DNA of 59,248 nucleotides, counting the filler, from Sphacelaria rigidula (lineage: Eukaryota): assembly GCA_964200075.2 (NCBI GenBank). It is 3 parts of 3 records of this genome, joined end to end, with 100 filler letters (N's around TTAATTAATTAA, not from the genome) between each part and the next. Parts side by side here need not be neighbours in the genome. Positions count along the whole stretch, not along the records: positions 1 to 19,688 come from CAXNAA020000628.1; 2 more parts are not named here. One strand, written 5' to 3'. The position numbers and the translations under genes were made by a program. Position 1 is the stretch's first letter; each line of letters begins with the position of its first letter. Under the pieces are notes generated by a model. It did not search any database and was not told the DNA's origin. It was given only the letters and a program-made list of their open reading frames with translations. Shown here piece by piece: positions 1 through 12,536 of this stretch.

Positions 1-509
1 CGTTTTCTCCCTACTGTCTAGTGCATCAAACGATTTCATGCCACCTTTGTTCACGTCTCGCATTTCCCCCTTTTTTCGTACGGGAGGGGGGGTGGAGGGG
101 TGGGGAGGGGTAGGCGAGATAGTCCGGTCGTGTTTTTTTTTCTGATGCCATATTTTCAACCTTTTCCCTTCCTCGGGACGAGTCCATGGTTCTAAGGGAT
201 TCATTCATTTGAGACAACTAGTTCCTGTCCGGGATGACTGTTGCTACGCGCTTTTGTACTTCGAGCGACTTCCAACGTATCTTGCTCACTTGTGTTCCTC
301 AGACGGAACGGTGACGCGATCGAAGCCACTTTCGCTTCTGGGCCGATTCGAGTCCGTCCTGTCGTGGCCCGACTATGTCCCAGTTATTACCGCGGTCCTG
401 TGTTGTTCGCGTCATCCGACGCAATTCATGTTTTTCGCTGGAAGATTTTTTTTTGCACTTTCGTGTGATATTCCAAATGCCGTCCCGCTTTGCCCTCCCC
501 GCATGACAG

Positions 510-605
510 GTTGGTGACGTGATTGCCAAGTCTGACTACATCCTCGTAGCTGCCGCCTTGACCAAGGACAGCCAGGGCATGGTTGGAGCCGCGGAGCTTG
601 CGCGG
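510..605 (+). CDS. D-isomer-specific 2-hydroxyacid dehydrogenase, internal exon (VGDVIAKSDYILVAAALTKDSQGMVGAAELAR)
   Basis: cag acceptor at 507-509 and gtgcg donor at 606; 96 nt, phase 0; the SDYILVAAALT..T/S.GM pattern fits the NAD-binding domain of this family. Upstream exons lie outside the window. Confidence 0.85.
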
Positions 606-1179
606 GTGCGTTGGAACTCTTTGCCGTGTGCGCACGGCATTGATCATTTCGTTTCAAGTCGATACGTACTCCTCGGCTTCTGATATCAAGTGTATACCCC
701 TTTGGCTGGCCACACTCAGCGTGACGCACCGGCCGCGCACACGCATAGGTCCTTATGGGGCTTACACCGTGAGTAAAATGATGACCTTACCTTGCACTCG
801 AAGACAGCGTCGGCGCTTAACGTAATGTATTGTCACCGGTCATCATACGGCGGCGGCGTTTTCTTTGGGGTGCATTTTTCATCACCGTGTCACACATACC
901 CTAAGCCTTCCGTTTCATACAGTATTGTTGGCAAGAAGAGGTGGGGCCTGATAAGTGGAGCGTGGAGTCCGCCTCACAGGTTCGGGACAGTTTACCACCC
1001 ATTCGTTGTCCGCATATTTCACTTGGATATAACGCGACATACCCATCGGTGGGGCGCAAGGTGGGGCGGAGGAGTGCGTTTCAGACAATTCCACCAAGAC
1101 AACACGCGAATCGTTGCAACAACGATGGTAGTTCCTCGGTTTCCCTTCCATCAATGCTTCGGTTTATACGGTGCCTCAG

Positions 1180-1271
1180 GCTCAACCGCACGCCGTGATA
1201 ATCAGCGTCGGGCGGGGACCGTTGATCGATGAGGACACAATGACGGCCATGTTGCAAGACGGACGACTGCG
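1180..1271 (+). CDS. D-2-hydroxyacid dehydrogenase exon (AQPHAVIISVGRGPLIDEDTMTAMLQDGRLR)
   Basis: cag|G acceptor and CG|gtgagg donor; carries the family GRGPLIDE motif (catalytic Arg); splices in frame with both neighbours. Confidence 0.9.
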
Positions 1272-2314
1272 GTGAGGACGCACCTAACAGTACCTGTGTA
1301 TATCTTGGAAAATGTTTACTTGTGGTTGTTACGACGGAATGTTGGCTCTCGAGGCTTGCTTCAGTAGCTTTTTTTCGGCGTTGGCCCTTCTTTGAAAGCA
1401 CGCGGCACCATATTGATTCGCCCGTTTGTTCATCGATGATGGAGCAAGACAGGAGCTCTGCGGTGGGATTACATCCGCACTTTCCGGACCGGTTGGATCT
1501 TCAAACGAGCTGTACGCTGCAGCTTGGTTGGGAGTCTCGCTGACACGAGAGAGAAGCAGAGCGTACGAGAATTTGATTTTCCTCGTCCTCAGATGATGAT
1601 GCTCCGCGAATGCCATAGAAACGTGCCACTCGATCAGCTGGGGAGTGGCGCCAGCTCTCATCTCCGACGTTGCGGCAGTCGTCAATATCGTTTTGCGAGA
1701 TGGTCGCTGCGTCAAACGTCCCGATTCTCGTGTTAGGAGAACAACCCCATTTTACTCTGATGAAACACATGAAGTGCGTATAATAGTAAGGGTACAGTAC
1801 ACCATATGCATGCATACGTGAACACGTTTGAGTCGCAGACAGGTACAGGATGTTCCCCGATACCGAAGCCCACTTCGACAACGCCTAATCTGCCAACGCA
1901 GCCGCAGAACTGTTTGCGACAAACAACCGCCGTAGGTGTACCTGGTCTGGACCACTTCCCTCTCAAACCTGAATCTGAACGTCAGCCTTCACTGTTTGTT
2001 TGGCGGAATTTTTCTGTTTGTGGCGTTCCTCGGGAAGGCAAGGCGCTGTGTTTCCGCGCTTGCAGCAGTGGCAAAACAACCATAGTGCATGCTTTCGGGC
2101 TCATACCACAAGGCATACATAGCCTCAAAAGGCCCCAGCAAGCGACATGTGTCGATGTATTTTCGGAATTATTCAAAATCTCCGAACGCGGGGCAATTAA
2201 CTCTCAGCGCCGACGTTAGTCTGCCGCAGGTTTGGGATGCAGAGTGTACCTACCCGTCATAGACAAGCCGTGTACGGACGAACATAAGCAGACACAGTAC
2301 GAGAGAGGGGTCAC

Positions 2315-2661
2315 GCATATCAGTCCCGCCTTAGCACCGATGCACCACCCTATCGTCCACAAGTCGGAATTTTTCCTGGCGTGCTGCTTAGTTTCCTGAA
2401 TGACCCCGTGTGTACCCTGCTGTCTCACAACGGTAGCGCTTTCGCCCACCACCATCATTTCCGCGCTCAATGGCGTGCCCCGTTTAGAATGAGCGAGTCA
2501 TTGAGGCGCAGAAACGGTGGCGATGACAGGCGAAAGAGTTATCGTTGTGAAACAGCGCGGTGCACACGGGGGGGTCATTCAGGAAACTAAGCAGCACGCC
2601 AGGAAAAAATCTGACTTGTGGGCAGTTAGGGTGCATCGGTGCTAAGGCGGGACTGATATGC
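2315..2661. mobile_element. Foldback MITE-like element in a dehydrogenase intron
   Basis: gcatatcagtcccgccttagcaccgatgcac at the left is the reverse complement of gtgcatcggtgctaaggcgggactgatatgc at the right; the arms pair inward to about 2480. No clear TSD. Confidence 0.75.
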
Positions 2662-4505
2662 AGGGTGTACGTTCAGGCATTCAGGTGACTGAGCAGCACG
2701 ACTAGTTGTCGTCTTCGGTAAGGTGTTACCCGTGGTTCCCCTTCTGCATGCGTGGGTGGGCATGGGGAAGGTGATGGTACTGTGGTGGCACATAATCCTC
2801 TTCTCGCACCCCGTGTCTGTTGGCTGTTCATCCGCACACGGCTTCTTCGGCATCCCAATCCGCGGCGGCGAACGTCGACTCATGGAGTCACCCGACGTTC
2901 GGAGATCCAAAAACGTTAATATATTTGGTGCCCCGGGCGATTGTTCCGTTATGTATGTATGCCTTGTGGTGGGAGCCCGAAATTGTGCTACCATGGTTTT
3001 TTTGCCGCTGTTGCGAGAGTGGAATCACATGACACTGAGCCTTTCTTGGGACCGCCGCTATACAGATAAAAGTACCTGCCGAGCACCGATGATGAACACC
3101 GATGTTGTTCGGGATCAAGTTTAGGAGGAAAGTGATCCAGAACAGGTATATATCTTGCGGCGGTTGTTGTTACGAGCAGTTATGCGGCTATTTTGGCCGA
3201 CCACATGACTTTTTTTTTCATGGGCTTACATATTGTGGTACACCCTGTACCTAGCGGTTAGTTACTTGGGATATCGCAAACCGCTCCTCGGAATAATGCA
3301 GCGACCATGTCGCAAAGCACGCGAGATGACCACTGATGCCGCTCCGTAAACTCCGGCAAGTATATTCGGATTTCGTGAGCCCCTGAGTGAACCGAAAACC
3401 AGCGTCCATACCGCTGTAGTAATTTAGACCCTTTAACGATGTGGCTCAGGCGCGCTAAAACCAAGGCGGTAGGTATACTAGGTCGCATATCCTTGCGTGT
3501 TTCTTTCAGTCTTGGGGACTGATCACCTCTCTACACGGTCGAGTTCCAGGTTTCATTTACTCAGTTTCAATCAAATTTCCTCTGTAGCCAAAATGCCGAG
3601 ATTTTCAAACCCACGCACGCGTGGATGGTTTGATCATTTTGATCTGATGCAAGGATCGGGGGGGGGCAGTTCCAAAAGGGATCATATATAAATACACCTT
3701 GGGAATGGGTATTGAACTAGTGGGGATGCCCCATCCATGTGTTGGAGAGTGAAGCGCTTTGGATGAAAAATCCTATACCAGACTCTTCCGTCGCCACCCC
3801 GTCCCCCCTCAAAAAGATAATCAACCAACCGCCGTAAACGAATAGTGAATATTTCAATCGACAGTACCTTCGCAGGTACTTTGATGGTTTTTATTCGTTC
3901 GATAATTTGTTCGTCGCACATGAACCCTTCCGGAACTGTTGATAGGAGGAAAAAAAAATGACGATTTACAGTTGACGTTTTCTTGGGTAAAATATCGTTG
4001 TTTTTCTGCAACTGTCGATGATGCAGCCCACCAAATTAGTCCCCTACTCTGAGTTCAAGTATACTCATGTGACTTATTCGTGCACCGAACTTGAAGTGAC
4101 GTTTTCTGGGTGACGAAAGCTCGCATATGGGAGTTTGTCCTGTTTTTTGCGAGTTCCAAAAGGGTTGAATAACCCGCTACCAAGCCGGCCGTCGTTTGCC
4201 AAACAGACGTGCCAGAGGCCAATCAATGAACGGAAATACGCACGAAAGACGACTCGAGAAAGCGGGCTAGAACGAAGAAATGGAAAAGAGGGGAAGCGGA
4301 GGGTAGACAGAAGAAACTGTAAACAAACAAAACAAAACAAAACACACGGGAAAAAAACAAAAAAATGGCAAGCTGATGCCGAGATCACAACTCTGCACTA
4401 AACCTCCTCTAAATGACCCCCCCGCACCGCCGGGCGTACTCCCCGAAAAAAACGTGCGACGAACCACTGTCGCTTCGCCTGTCGTTGCCCCCTGTTTCGG
4501 CACAG

Positions 4506-4716
4506 CGGAGCTGCTTTGGACGTTTTTTGCACGGAACCGCTTCCGACGGAGAGCCCCTTGTGGGATATGGAAAACGTGCTTTTGTCGCCGCACAACGCGG
4601 ACCTGACAGCTACGTTTTTGCATGACAGCGTGCGGCTTTTGGTGGACAACATGCCGGAATTTTTGGCCGGCGGGGAGGTGTCTATTCACCGTGTGGATCC
4701 CAAGGCGGGATACTGA
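4506..4716 (+). CDS. D-2-hydroxyacid dehydrogenase, terminal exon (GAALDVFCTEPLP...LLSPHNAD...PKAGY*)
   Basis: cacag acceptor, phase matches the previous exon; LDVFxxEPLP and SPH catalytic Glu/His motifs; TGA at 4714-4716. Confidence 0.92.
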
Positions 4717-5821
4717 TTTTGGGGTTCATGCGTAGTCATGGTGTTGCCTGTGGACCCTCGGTCCTCTGTCGAAGCCGTCAAGGATGGACTCGTTTGTGTA
4801 TTATTTTACCGTATGTTGGACCGTAGTGTGCAGTAGCACGCGTGATGAGAGGAGCTAATCCCAACTGTGCTTGCGTAGCTTGGTAATATACTCTTGCAAC
4901 CGTGCGGATTGCGCGTTGGTGCTGTCTGCAACAAAAAAGTGCATCAGAGATGAATGGCTTGTCAGTATCCACACAGGTGTACATGCATGGGTGCAGGTGT
5001 CTGGTCGGGCCTTGACTCAAAGAGGTGTTCTCCGCGCAGGCTCGTTCACTGGCGAGTGCAAAACATGATCTGAAGAAGCGGGCAGGACTTTTGGTAAGAG
5101 CTGTATTTCGACACACTTGTTCACTATGATCACTGTTTTTAGTGCTTTTGTCGCCTCAATACCAGCCGAACACGTCGAAGCTGCAAGCTCACCAGTGAGT
5201 GACAACCATGGGCAAGACCTCCCCGAGCTCGTGTGCTGAGAAATCACGCATGATGAGGGAAATTCACGATGCAAACGTATATCTCACAACCTGGACAAAA
5301 TAAAACAGTCAAAAAGTGTACTGTGTACAGTATTGACTATTGCGCCTATTGCAGCAGACAATAGATTCTATACTGCACGCAGTACATTTTTTACAATAGA
5401 ATCTATTTTCCAGCGTATGGTAAATCTACCAGGCATCGCCGTTTACAAGGCAGATACCCGCACTTGCCTTGTTTCTGAACGTCATTGATGCCATCAGGTC
5501 GAGGTAAGGTTGCGTAGTGTCTCACCGAGCCATGCACACACGCACATTAAATGCCCACACAACACACACGCACGCACACACATCAAACGGCACTCCGGGA
5601 CCACTCCAGTGAAGTTGGCATCCAGACTCGATCTCTATTTTGACCGAGTACTGCACCCATGTCATGAAACCACATTCCAACGCTGTCCTCCCGCTTCTGA
5701 GCGATACACCAACCTTCCCTGTATCAGCCAGTTGACTCCTAACAAATCATGACCCCGAATCAGACACGAAAAATATGACTCTAAATTATGTTTTTGTATA
5801 CCTTCGAGCATAGGGGGTGAA

Positions 5822-8800
5822 CTAATTATCTCGGTCGCCACTACGGCTACCTCGACGGCTCGATCTTTCTTTTTCTCGTCTGCTGCTACTGCCACCGACA
5901 ACGTTATTCCCCGCGCTGAACGAAGCCCGGCGGTCTTGGTCCCGCCTTCGGCCACCCGAAGGTGACGAGTACCTCCTGGAGGAGCTGCTAGAAAAATCCG
6001 ACCGTCGCCTTGATGAAGAGGGTTCTGCTCCCTCGTCCCGCAAGGTGGTGCCATGGCCCCTTACTGCAACACCGCCGCTGCCGGGGCTTCTACTCCTGCG
6101 ATGATGACGGGACGGACTGCCACTACCTGGGAGTACCTCGGAGTAATCATGCCTTCTTTTATCTTCGGCATCGCGACGATGTTTACCATCTCGTCGGGTG
6201 TTGCGACCGACTCGAACATCAAAATCGCTCGCACTACTCGAGTCTGAGGTGCGGACATTCTCGTCGGTCAGGTCGTTCAACCGATCCAGCGCTGACTTGT
6301 TTTGGACACCACTACCTGTTTTCCGCCGGCGCCGGCGCCGCCCTGTATCGAGATCGCCATCTCCATCTCTCTCGCCGCCGCCGCGTCTTGTGTCGGAAGC
6401 CTTACTCTCTTCGTTTCTTGCTGCTGATTTGTTCGAACGACTCGACCGTCGTTCGCGGTCTGCTTCTCGTCGATTGTCCGTCGTCTTTATATTCCCGCTT
6501 CGGCCACCAGTTTTGCCAAATCGTCGCGAGTCTAAATCGTCTGAGCTTCGCGATACAGACCTTGACTCCGAATTCGAACGCGAGTTCTCCGAAGCGTACG
6601 GTTCATGAACAATCCCGGGACTCGATCTTGTCCTCGAAGCGCCCGCTGTCGGCGAAGACGAACGCTTCTTCCCACTAGAAGTGCCGTTGGTGCTACGCCC
6701 CCCTTTTCTTCGTTCGTGATGATCTTCCGACCCCCGCCGTGACTTTGAATCATGGCCGTTTTGTCGTTTTTGTTTTTTGCCGGTCGAGGCGTATTTCCCC
6801 TTTTTACTTTCGTCACCCGGATCCGGTGATCGGTGACCGGGATCACCCTTACTGGTCCTTCGGGATGATGGTTTCGCGCCGTTTCTGCCTTCCCGTTCTT
6901 TTCGCGCACCTTCTCTCTCCTCTTCGTTACCCTCCAGAACAGCGACGTCTTCTTCGACGCCATCGTCCTCGTCCTCATCGGAATGCACATAAGGTTCGTA
7001 GGGAGCATCCGGCTTGAACCAACTGCTTTCCCCCGTAGCAACATGGTGATAATAGTAGCAGTCATGACTGGGGTCATAGCCTTCGATCCACTCTGGTTCG
7101 ATGTCCACCAGCTCTGCCGCCTTTTCATCGCGAACGCTTTTTGCGTCCGCTGATAGTACTTCTCCTCCCCCACCGGCTGCTTCTATAATAACGCCGACCT
7201 TGGCGTCGTCTCCTGTCGTCTCGCCCTCACCGGATCGCGGTGCGTTCATCTTTGCTCTTGATTCCCTCGACGAGTTTGCCACCGAATCCGCCGGTGAACC
7301 GTCATCATGGCTATCATCACGACGACCACCATCACCATCGCGCGCCCTAACCAAGTCAGGCTGCGACGAAGCCGATTCCTTTTCCGCGACCGAACCTTTC
7401 CCGACCTCGTTTTCTCCATCGCCTCCGTCCCCCTTCTCCGTTGCGGAGTCCGAACCCGCTCTTGCTCCCGTGTCTTCTACTGTTGTTTTCACAGGGAAAG
7501 CGCCTTCGATTCCAACAACAGGGACACCAGAGATCCCTCCCTCCAATCTTGTCGGGTCGTAGAGCTGCACGTCATAAAGCGGGTTACCGACGACGTCCGG
7601 TTTATTCGTCTGATCGAGGCCTGCTTCTTCTCTCTTGCTCGAAGTTTGCTCACGTACTGCGACCGACGACGGTGGGTCTTCGGCGGCACCGTCGGCACAA
7701 ATATTCGGTACACCTTCACCATCTCCCGTGCGGTGACTTTGAACGTCCAGGGAACGCAAATCCTGAGATGCCTCGGGGGCTACTATTCGGGATCCGGCCG
7801 TGCCAGTTTTGCCGTCATCGCCATCTGGACCAGTAGTAGTCGAATCGACTGCTTCCGGGCGAGCGATGGCCTCTTCAGCAGGCTGGCACACAGCGCTGTC
7901 GGCCTCTTCGTTAATATTTCCAGCCGATTGTTGACAATGGGAAATGTCGATGTCGTTGTTGGAAGATAGTTGGTCATCATCATCGGCAGCAACGCTATCA
8001 ACAGTGTCGCCCCCTTCATTGCCCTGGCCAGCAACATATTTCGCCGATTGGTCGACGGGCTTTTCCTCCCCCTTTTCTTCAGTAGCTGTGGCGTGAACAC
8101 TGGTATCCTGACCATCGTCTTCGAGCCTATCGGAATCATCTTTCTCACAGTCGTTGGTTCGATCAGGATCTGAATCACTCGTAGTCGCAGGAATGCCTGA
8201 ATTGTCCGCCGAGGCTCGCGCACGCCGCAGCAATCTCTCCCTGATCGATAGATGAGCCGAGGGCTCCAATAGAGTAGCTTCAGTGGCACTCTCAATATTG
8301 TTGTTACATAATACTGGACACTGGTTTTCAAGCCTATCTTCTTCGCTTGTTGATGATTTTCTCACTGCAACTATCGCGGACGGCGACTCGCGTACAGCGG
8401 CTACATCAGTGGCGTCACCCGCCGCAGCCGCCGGCGGGTGCGAAATACCTCCGTCCGTAGACGCTCTCGACCCGGCTGCTGGATCACGCGGATCAGTCGC
8501 CGACATTTCTTGAGCTCTTCGGGACACCTGTGCTCTGCTTTCAATCGATAAGTTCTCCGGTGCCGCAAGCGTGTTCGGTCCTGTCCCTGGATCTATCATA
8601 GCTGCTATGGGAACCGTCGTTGCTGTCGCTGGTGGAAGCGGCGGAGGTTGTGAGAGTCGCGTTTCACATGGTTTCATCGCGGATGAATCAGCGGCTGCAA
8701 GGGTCGATTCAGCCGTTGTCGTGATCGCGGCAAGATGTACATTACTGAGAACTTCAGAAGATACACCAGACGCTGCCGGGGCATCCATATTGTCCGGGGT

Positions 8801-9976
8801 ATGCTCTTCTCTCTGGCGACATATTCCCCCACTCGCGGGTCTCACACCTTTCACGTCAGTCTCTTCGTCGCCTTTATGTCCTATGGCCACCACCCCTATG
8901 GTCACCATCGTCGCTGCGGGTCGGTGTGTTGGGTCTACGCTGAAATTTTCGAGGGGAGGTTGCACATCAGTCTGTCCCGGTCCCGGGTGTAATGTAGCGG
9001 CACACTCATTAATTCTCGCCTGTGCGATGTCACTACCTCGGTGATCCCTCTCCCCTGCCTGGGCGCAGTTCTCTCGTGGCGGCATGTCAACCAACGGCTT
9101 GGATATCGTCATTTCCTGCCCTAGCCGCATACTATCATTACCCACCACTTGGACGACGGAGGCACCTGTTGCGATGGGAGACGCCATCACCCCATATTCT
9201 TCGGAAATGACTTCCCGTGCGCTGTCCTTGTTTACGCCTGCCACGTCTCTTCCTGCGACATTCAACTCGATCGCATCCAGACCAGCAGCCCGTTCTACTG
9301 GCGTGCTTTCAGATGTTCTCCTCCTCCAGTCGCTACCTGGAAGAGGATGGGCCGTAGCGCCAGTATCACCGTGGCTGTGACTACTACGATCGCGTTTGCC
9401 ACCATCGGCAACATCAAGCCCTACATCTCCTCCATCATGGTCCACACGCGGTACGCTACCACTACCGTTGTGCAGGTTTACTTGCCGGCCGTCCGAAACA
9501 ACAGTTGACAGCATATTTACGTGTGAAGTGCCAGCTTCAATCGAGTATTGACCCGTGTCATCTCCGTGCGCACCATAACGGACCAGGGGAGGGGTCGGAA
9601 GACCCGTAGTAGAAGCGCAGGTACTGGGATCGGCGTAATCTACCTCTCGAGTGGTTTCTGCTCCGTTCGAAGCAGCATCGCGGCCTCCCGATTCACTACC
9701 CCTGGTAGGTCGAGCGCCGTCGAGGCTGCGATCCTCGAGCACGATCTCATCCTGCTGTACGACAAAGTGAGCATACTGGTCGAGCTCCGGGCTTCCGGCT
9801 GGCTCCGCCTCCATGAGTCGCAGCATGTTTTTCACAGCGGCCTTTGTCATAGCCACCCTAAACAAATGATGATACCACGCGTGCATACGTTGCAAGAGGT
9901 AGCGATCAGCCATCTTGAGAGAAGGGTAGCGGGGATTCGTTTTAGCAACGAGTATCCGTACCACTGCGTGCTTCCT
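5822..9976 (-). CDS. Terminal giant exon of LRR + WW-domain protein (low-complexity acidic region, WW domain, Arg/Ser-rich tail)
   Basis: 1380-aa open frame; WW motif EWIEGYDPSHDCYYYHHVATGESSWFKP at about 7009-7098; ccag acceptor just upstream of 9976 (exact junction with the previous exon uncertain). Confidence 0.85.
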   Translation of the reverse strand, partial: RKHAVVRILVAKTNPRYPSLKMADRYLLQRMHAWYHHLFRVAMTKAAVKNMLRLMEAEPAGSPELDQYAHFVVQQDEIVLEDRSLDGARPTRGSESGGRDAASNGAETTREVDYADPSTCASTTGLPTPPLVRYGAHGDDTGQYSIEAGTSHVNMLSTVVSDGRQVNLHNGSGSVPRVDHDGGDVGLDVADGGKRDRSSHSHGDTGATAHPLPGSDWRRRTSESTPVERAAGLDAIELNVAGRDVAGVNKDSAREVISEEYGVMASPIATGASVVQVVGNDSMRLGQEMTISKPLVDMPPRENCAQAGERDHRGSDIAQARINECAATLHPGPGQTDVQPPLENFSVDPTHRPAATMVTIGVVAIGHKGDEETDVKGVRPASGGICRQREEHTPDNMDAPAASGVSSEVLSNVHLAAITTTAESTLAAADSSAMKPCETRLSQPPPLPPATATTVPIAAMIDPGTGPNTLAAPENLSIESRAQVSRRAQEMSATDPRDPAAGSRASTDGGISHPPAAAAGDATDVAAVRESPSAIVAVRKSSTSEEDRLENQCPVLCNNNIESATEATLLEPSAHLSIRERLLRRARASADNSGIPATTSDSDPDRTNDCEKDDSDRLEDDGQDTSVHATATEEKGEEKPVDQSAKYVAGQGNEGGDTVDSVAADDDDQLSSNNDIDISHCQQSAGNINEEADSAVCQPAEEAIARPEAVDSTTTGPDGDDGKTGTAGSRIVAPEASQDLRSLDVQSHRTGDGEGVPNICADGAAEDPPSSVAVREQTSSKREEAGLDQTNKPDVVGNPLYDVQLYDPTRLEGGISGVPVVGIEGAFPVKTTVEDTGARAGSDSATEKGDGGDGENEVGKGSVAEKESASSQPDLVRARDGDGGRRDDSHDDGSPADSVANSSRESRAKMNAPRSGEGETTGDDAKVGVIIEAAGGGGEVLSADAKSVRDEKAAELVDIEPEWIEGYDPSHDCYYYHHVATGESSWFKPDAPYEPYVHSDEDEDDGVEEDVAVLEGNEEEREGARKEREGRNGAKPSSRRTSKGDPGHRSPDPGDESKKGKYASTGKKQKRQNGHDSKSRRGSEDHHERRKGGRSTNGTSSGKKRSSSPTAGASRTRSSPGIVHEPYASENSRSNSESRSVSRSSDDLDSRRFGKTGGRSGNIKTTDNRREADRERRSSRSNKSAARNEESKASDTRRGGGERDGDGDLDTGRRRRRRKTGSGVQNKSALDRLNDLTDENVRTSDSSSASDFDVRVGRNTRRDGKHRRDAEDKRRHDYSEVLPGSGSPSRHHRRSRSPGSGGVAVRGHGTTLRDEGAEPSSSRRRSDFSSSSSRRYSSPSGGRRRDQDRRASFSAGNNVVGGSSSRREKERSSRRGSRSGDRDN

Positions 9977-10193
9977 CTGGCAAACGTATGCATACCGGAG
10001 TACACAGAGGGGGGCACCGAAGAGTCGCGCCGTTTTCTACCGTCCACATAATGCAGCGGTCTGCGTTTCCAATGACCCTATGCCAACACGGTATTCCATC
10101 AACCGCGTACCCCTACCGACAGTGGAAATATAGCACTACCAGTGTCATATATCCATACGCCCGCACGCGCCCCCGTCACTTCTGACACCTCAC

Positions 10194-10369
10194 CTCCTCG
10201 CCGCCGTCAACACCCTATCGGCGTGCACGCCTTCCTCTCCGACGAAATCCGGAGAAGCTCCGAACTGCTCTGTGAAGAGTCCCATCCCGTCCAAGGCGGC
10301 GCGAAATCCCGCCAGTCGGCGTGAACCACATCGTTTTATTCCACGCTGTTGATGCATCTTCAGCAGCAC
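10194..10369 (-). CDS. LRR/WW protein internal exon (VLLKMHQQRG...HADRVLTAAR)
   Basis: aag|GTG acceptor in phase with the upstream exon; the gtgagg donor gives phase 2, which does not match the best downstream acceptor, so the 3' boundary is uncertain. Confidence 0.55.
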
Positions 10370-10682
10370 CTTCAATCGCAACCCAGTAGGCAATCCATTA
10401 TCAAGTCAGGAGTGAATTTAAGCAGGACGAAGAAAACTTTTCGAGGTGATTGTGCTGCCCGATAGTTTGTCATAAAAGATGAGGGGACAAGATGCTCCCA
10501 TCATAATTTGAAGCAAACGATGAACCCTACGCCAGGCAGAAACAAGGCGGGGTCACACGCTTTTTGAATCTGAACAGACAACACTTGTAGGTTTCACTGG
10601 CAATTATTATATCTGAATGTGTTTGACATTTGACTGTTCAGGTATATAAGTGTAACCGCTCACAGTGTGAATATCCGCATAC

Positions 10683-11564
10683 CTTCAGAGCAGTGGCAGC
10701 AGTCTCCGTCTCCTGCTCCACATCCTTCAGCCATTCCTCCAGCACGCTTCTTTGCGATGGGTCCAGCACGCTATCATCTGTGTCTCCCTCCGTCGCGCGT
10801 CCCCTTTCATCTGGCAGATCCCGGGTACAATTGACATCTTCGGTGTCATCCACGTGCATTCCTCTGGTCACCCCGTTCTGATCGCCAGAGGTGGAGACCA
10901 ATGACTCTGCACCGCCGTCATGAACGCCGACCGTCTGTTGGTGGCAGTATTGCTGCTGTGGTTGTAGGATCCCGTTGCTAGTGAAATGATTTGGCTTCGT
11001 TGTCTTCGGGGAGGTACTGTCCTCAACACCACCGTGAGTTGTGTGCAAGGGATCATTATTCGGGAAGTCAGCATGCGAGACATTGAAACGTCCAACCTCA
11101 TCATGGCAATCGGTGCTACTCATCACCACAGCTGTGCTCGAATACGCTCGGACTCGTCCGGTATCGGCCGACGCAGTAGGGAAATCCCGGACGATAGCTT
11201 CGTCTCCGCTGTGGATGATCGACTCTACGCTACGGTCTTGGTGCGATCGAGGCGACCCGTTCTCGGCGTTCCCAGCCTTATAAGTTCCGTCTCGAGTTCC
11301 CCCGTCCTCACTGCACGCGGAAGGGTCCTGTGGCTGCGGGTGCCCCATCAAGTTACTACTACGCATTTGCTGGCTGTTTTGTCGGCGCCTGCTGGGAAAA
11401 GAAGTCGGGGAGGTGTCTGTGCTGGGTTGTCGGTAAGTCACGCCGAACGCGATGGTAGGCCGACTGCACGTGATGTCCTTGGTCCTGCTTGTCGTATCTT
11501 TGCTCGCGTGAGCCCGTCTATGCGGGCGGGCCAGCTCTTCTGCTAACTGCCGCTGCTTGACGGG
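10683..11564 (-). CDS. LRR/WW protein internal exon (PVKQRQLAEELARP...EEWLKDVEQETETAATALK)
   Basis: 882-nt open frame extending ORF 10638..11441; aag acceptor, AAG|gtatgc donor; phase 0 at both ends. Confidence 0.75.
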
Positions 11565-12078
11565 CTTTTGTTTCGTGTGTACAGCAGGGAGAATGAAGGG
11601 CGGGGGTAAGGAAGGGTTGGGGAGATCGCTTCTGTTGCACGCAAGAGGGAAGACGTGAGACGTCGTGTGTTTGAGTTACAATACGATAGCGTTGGCACCT
11701 TGTACGGGTTGGGAAATCAGTATATGCGTAACTTGGTGAGGACCATCCCCTTCGCAGTTGTATCAACCTAAAACCTTGAAGATCCGTTTCCATGACACCC
11801 CTGAGAACTGAGGAGTCACTACCTCACCAAATGACATGTTCGAGCTGTGTAAGCACACTCAAACGCAACAAAGAAAATACGGGGAACTTGATCTAGCTGA
11901 GCACGCACCCAAACACGATTCTTCGACCAGGATATGAGTTGCAGGTGCCACGCGTCGCCACCTACAGAGTTCAGAGTGACTAGGTATTTCGACGGATTGC
12001 GCAATCATGTACTCGAAGGCTCGACTCTGCGGAGCGCACCCTCCGTCAGTGGCGATAAAGGTACAATCAAGCACTCAC

Positions 12079-12162
12079 GTTTGCAATTTGATACCGTTCA
12101 CGAGTCTTGCGCTCGTCGGCCTCGATTTGCCGCTGTGCGATCTCCTCTCGCGACGCCATCAT
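12079..12162 (-). CDS. LRR/WW protein exon, coiled-coil-like (MMASREEIAQRQIEADERKTRERYQIAN)
   Basis: ccacag acceptor, gtgagt donor, 84 nt, phase 0. Confidence 0.75.
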
Positions 12163-12536
12163 CTGTGGCCAAGTGTGCACCAGAAAAGTATGATGTTCAC
12201 TGAAATGAACGGAGAACAGACCCGTCCAAACCGTACACCCGGCTATGGCTAACCGTCGGGGCTTCGACCTTAAATCATGGGCTGGTACCTTCGTCATTGC
12301 ATTACTCAATCGATAGAGACATGGTAAGCCAAGCTGCCGCAGGGCATCACGAACTTCGCCGGTGACACGATGATGATGACGACCTGAGGTAGCCTTGGAC
12401 GGGCCCCTCGTTTAATAACTAAGACAAAAGGCAACGTTCAACCGTGAGCATGAACCACGAGCACGGCCTTCACAGTTGACTGTTGCAAATGAACCACAAT
12501 ATGGTCGATCGACGTTTAGCTTCCCCCCTGCTGTAC

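Noticed and set aside
6010..10051. Many plus-strand ORFs of 60-222 aa
   Set aside because: Antisense shadows of the GC-rich 1380-codon exon.
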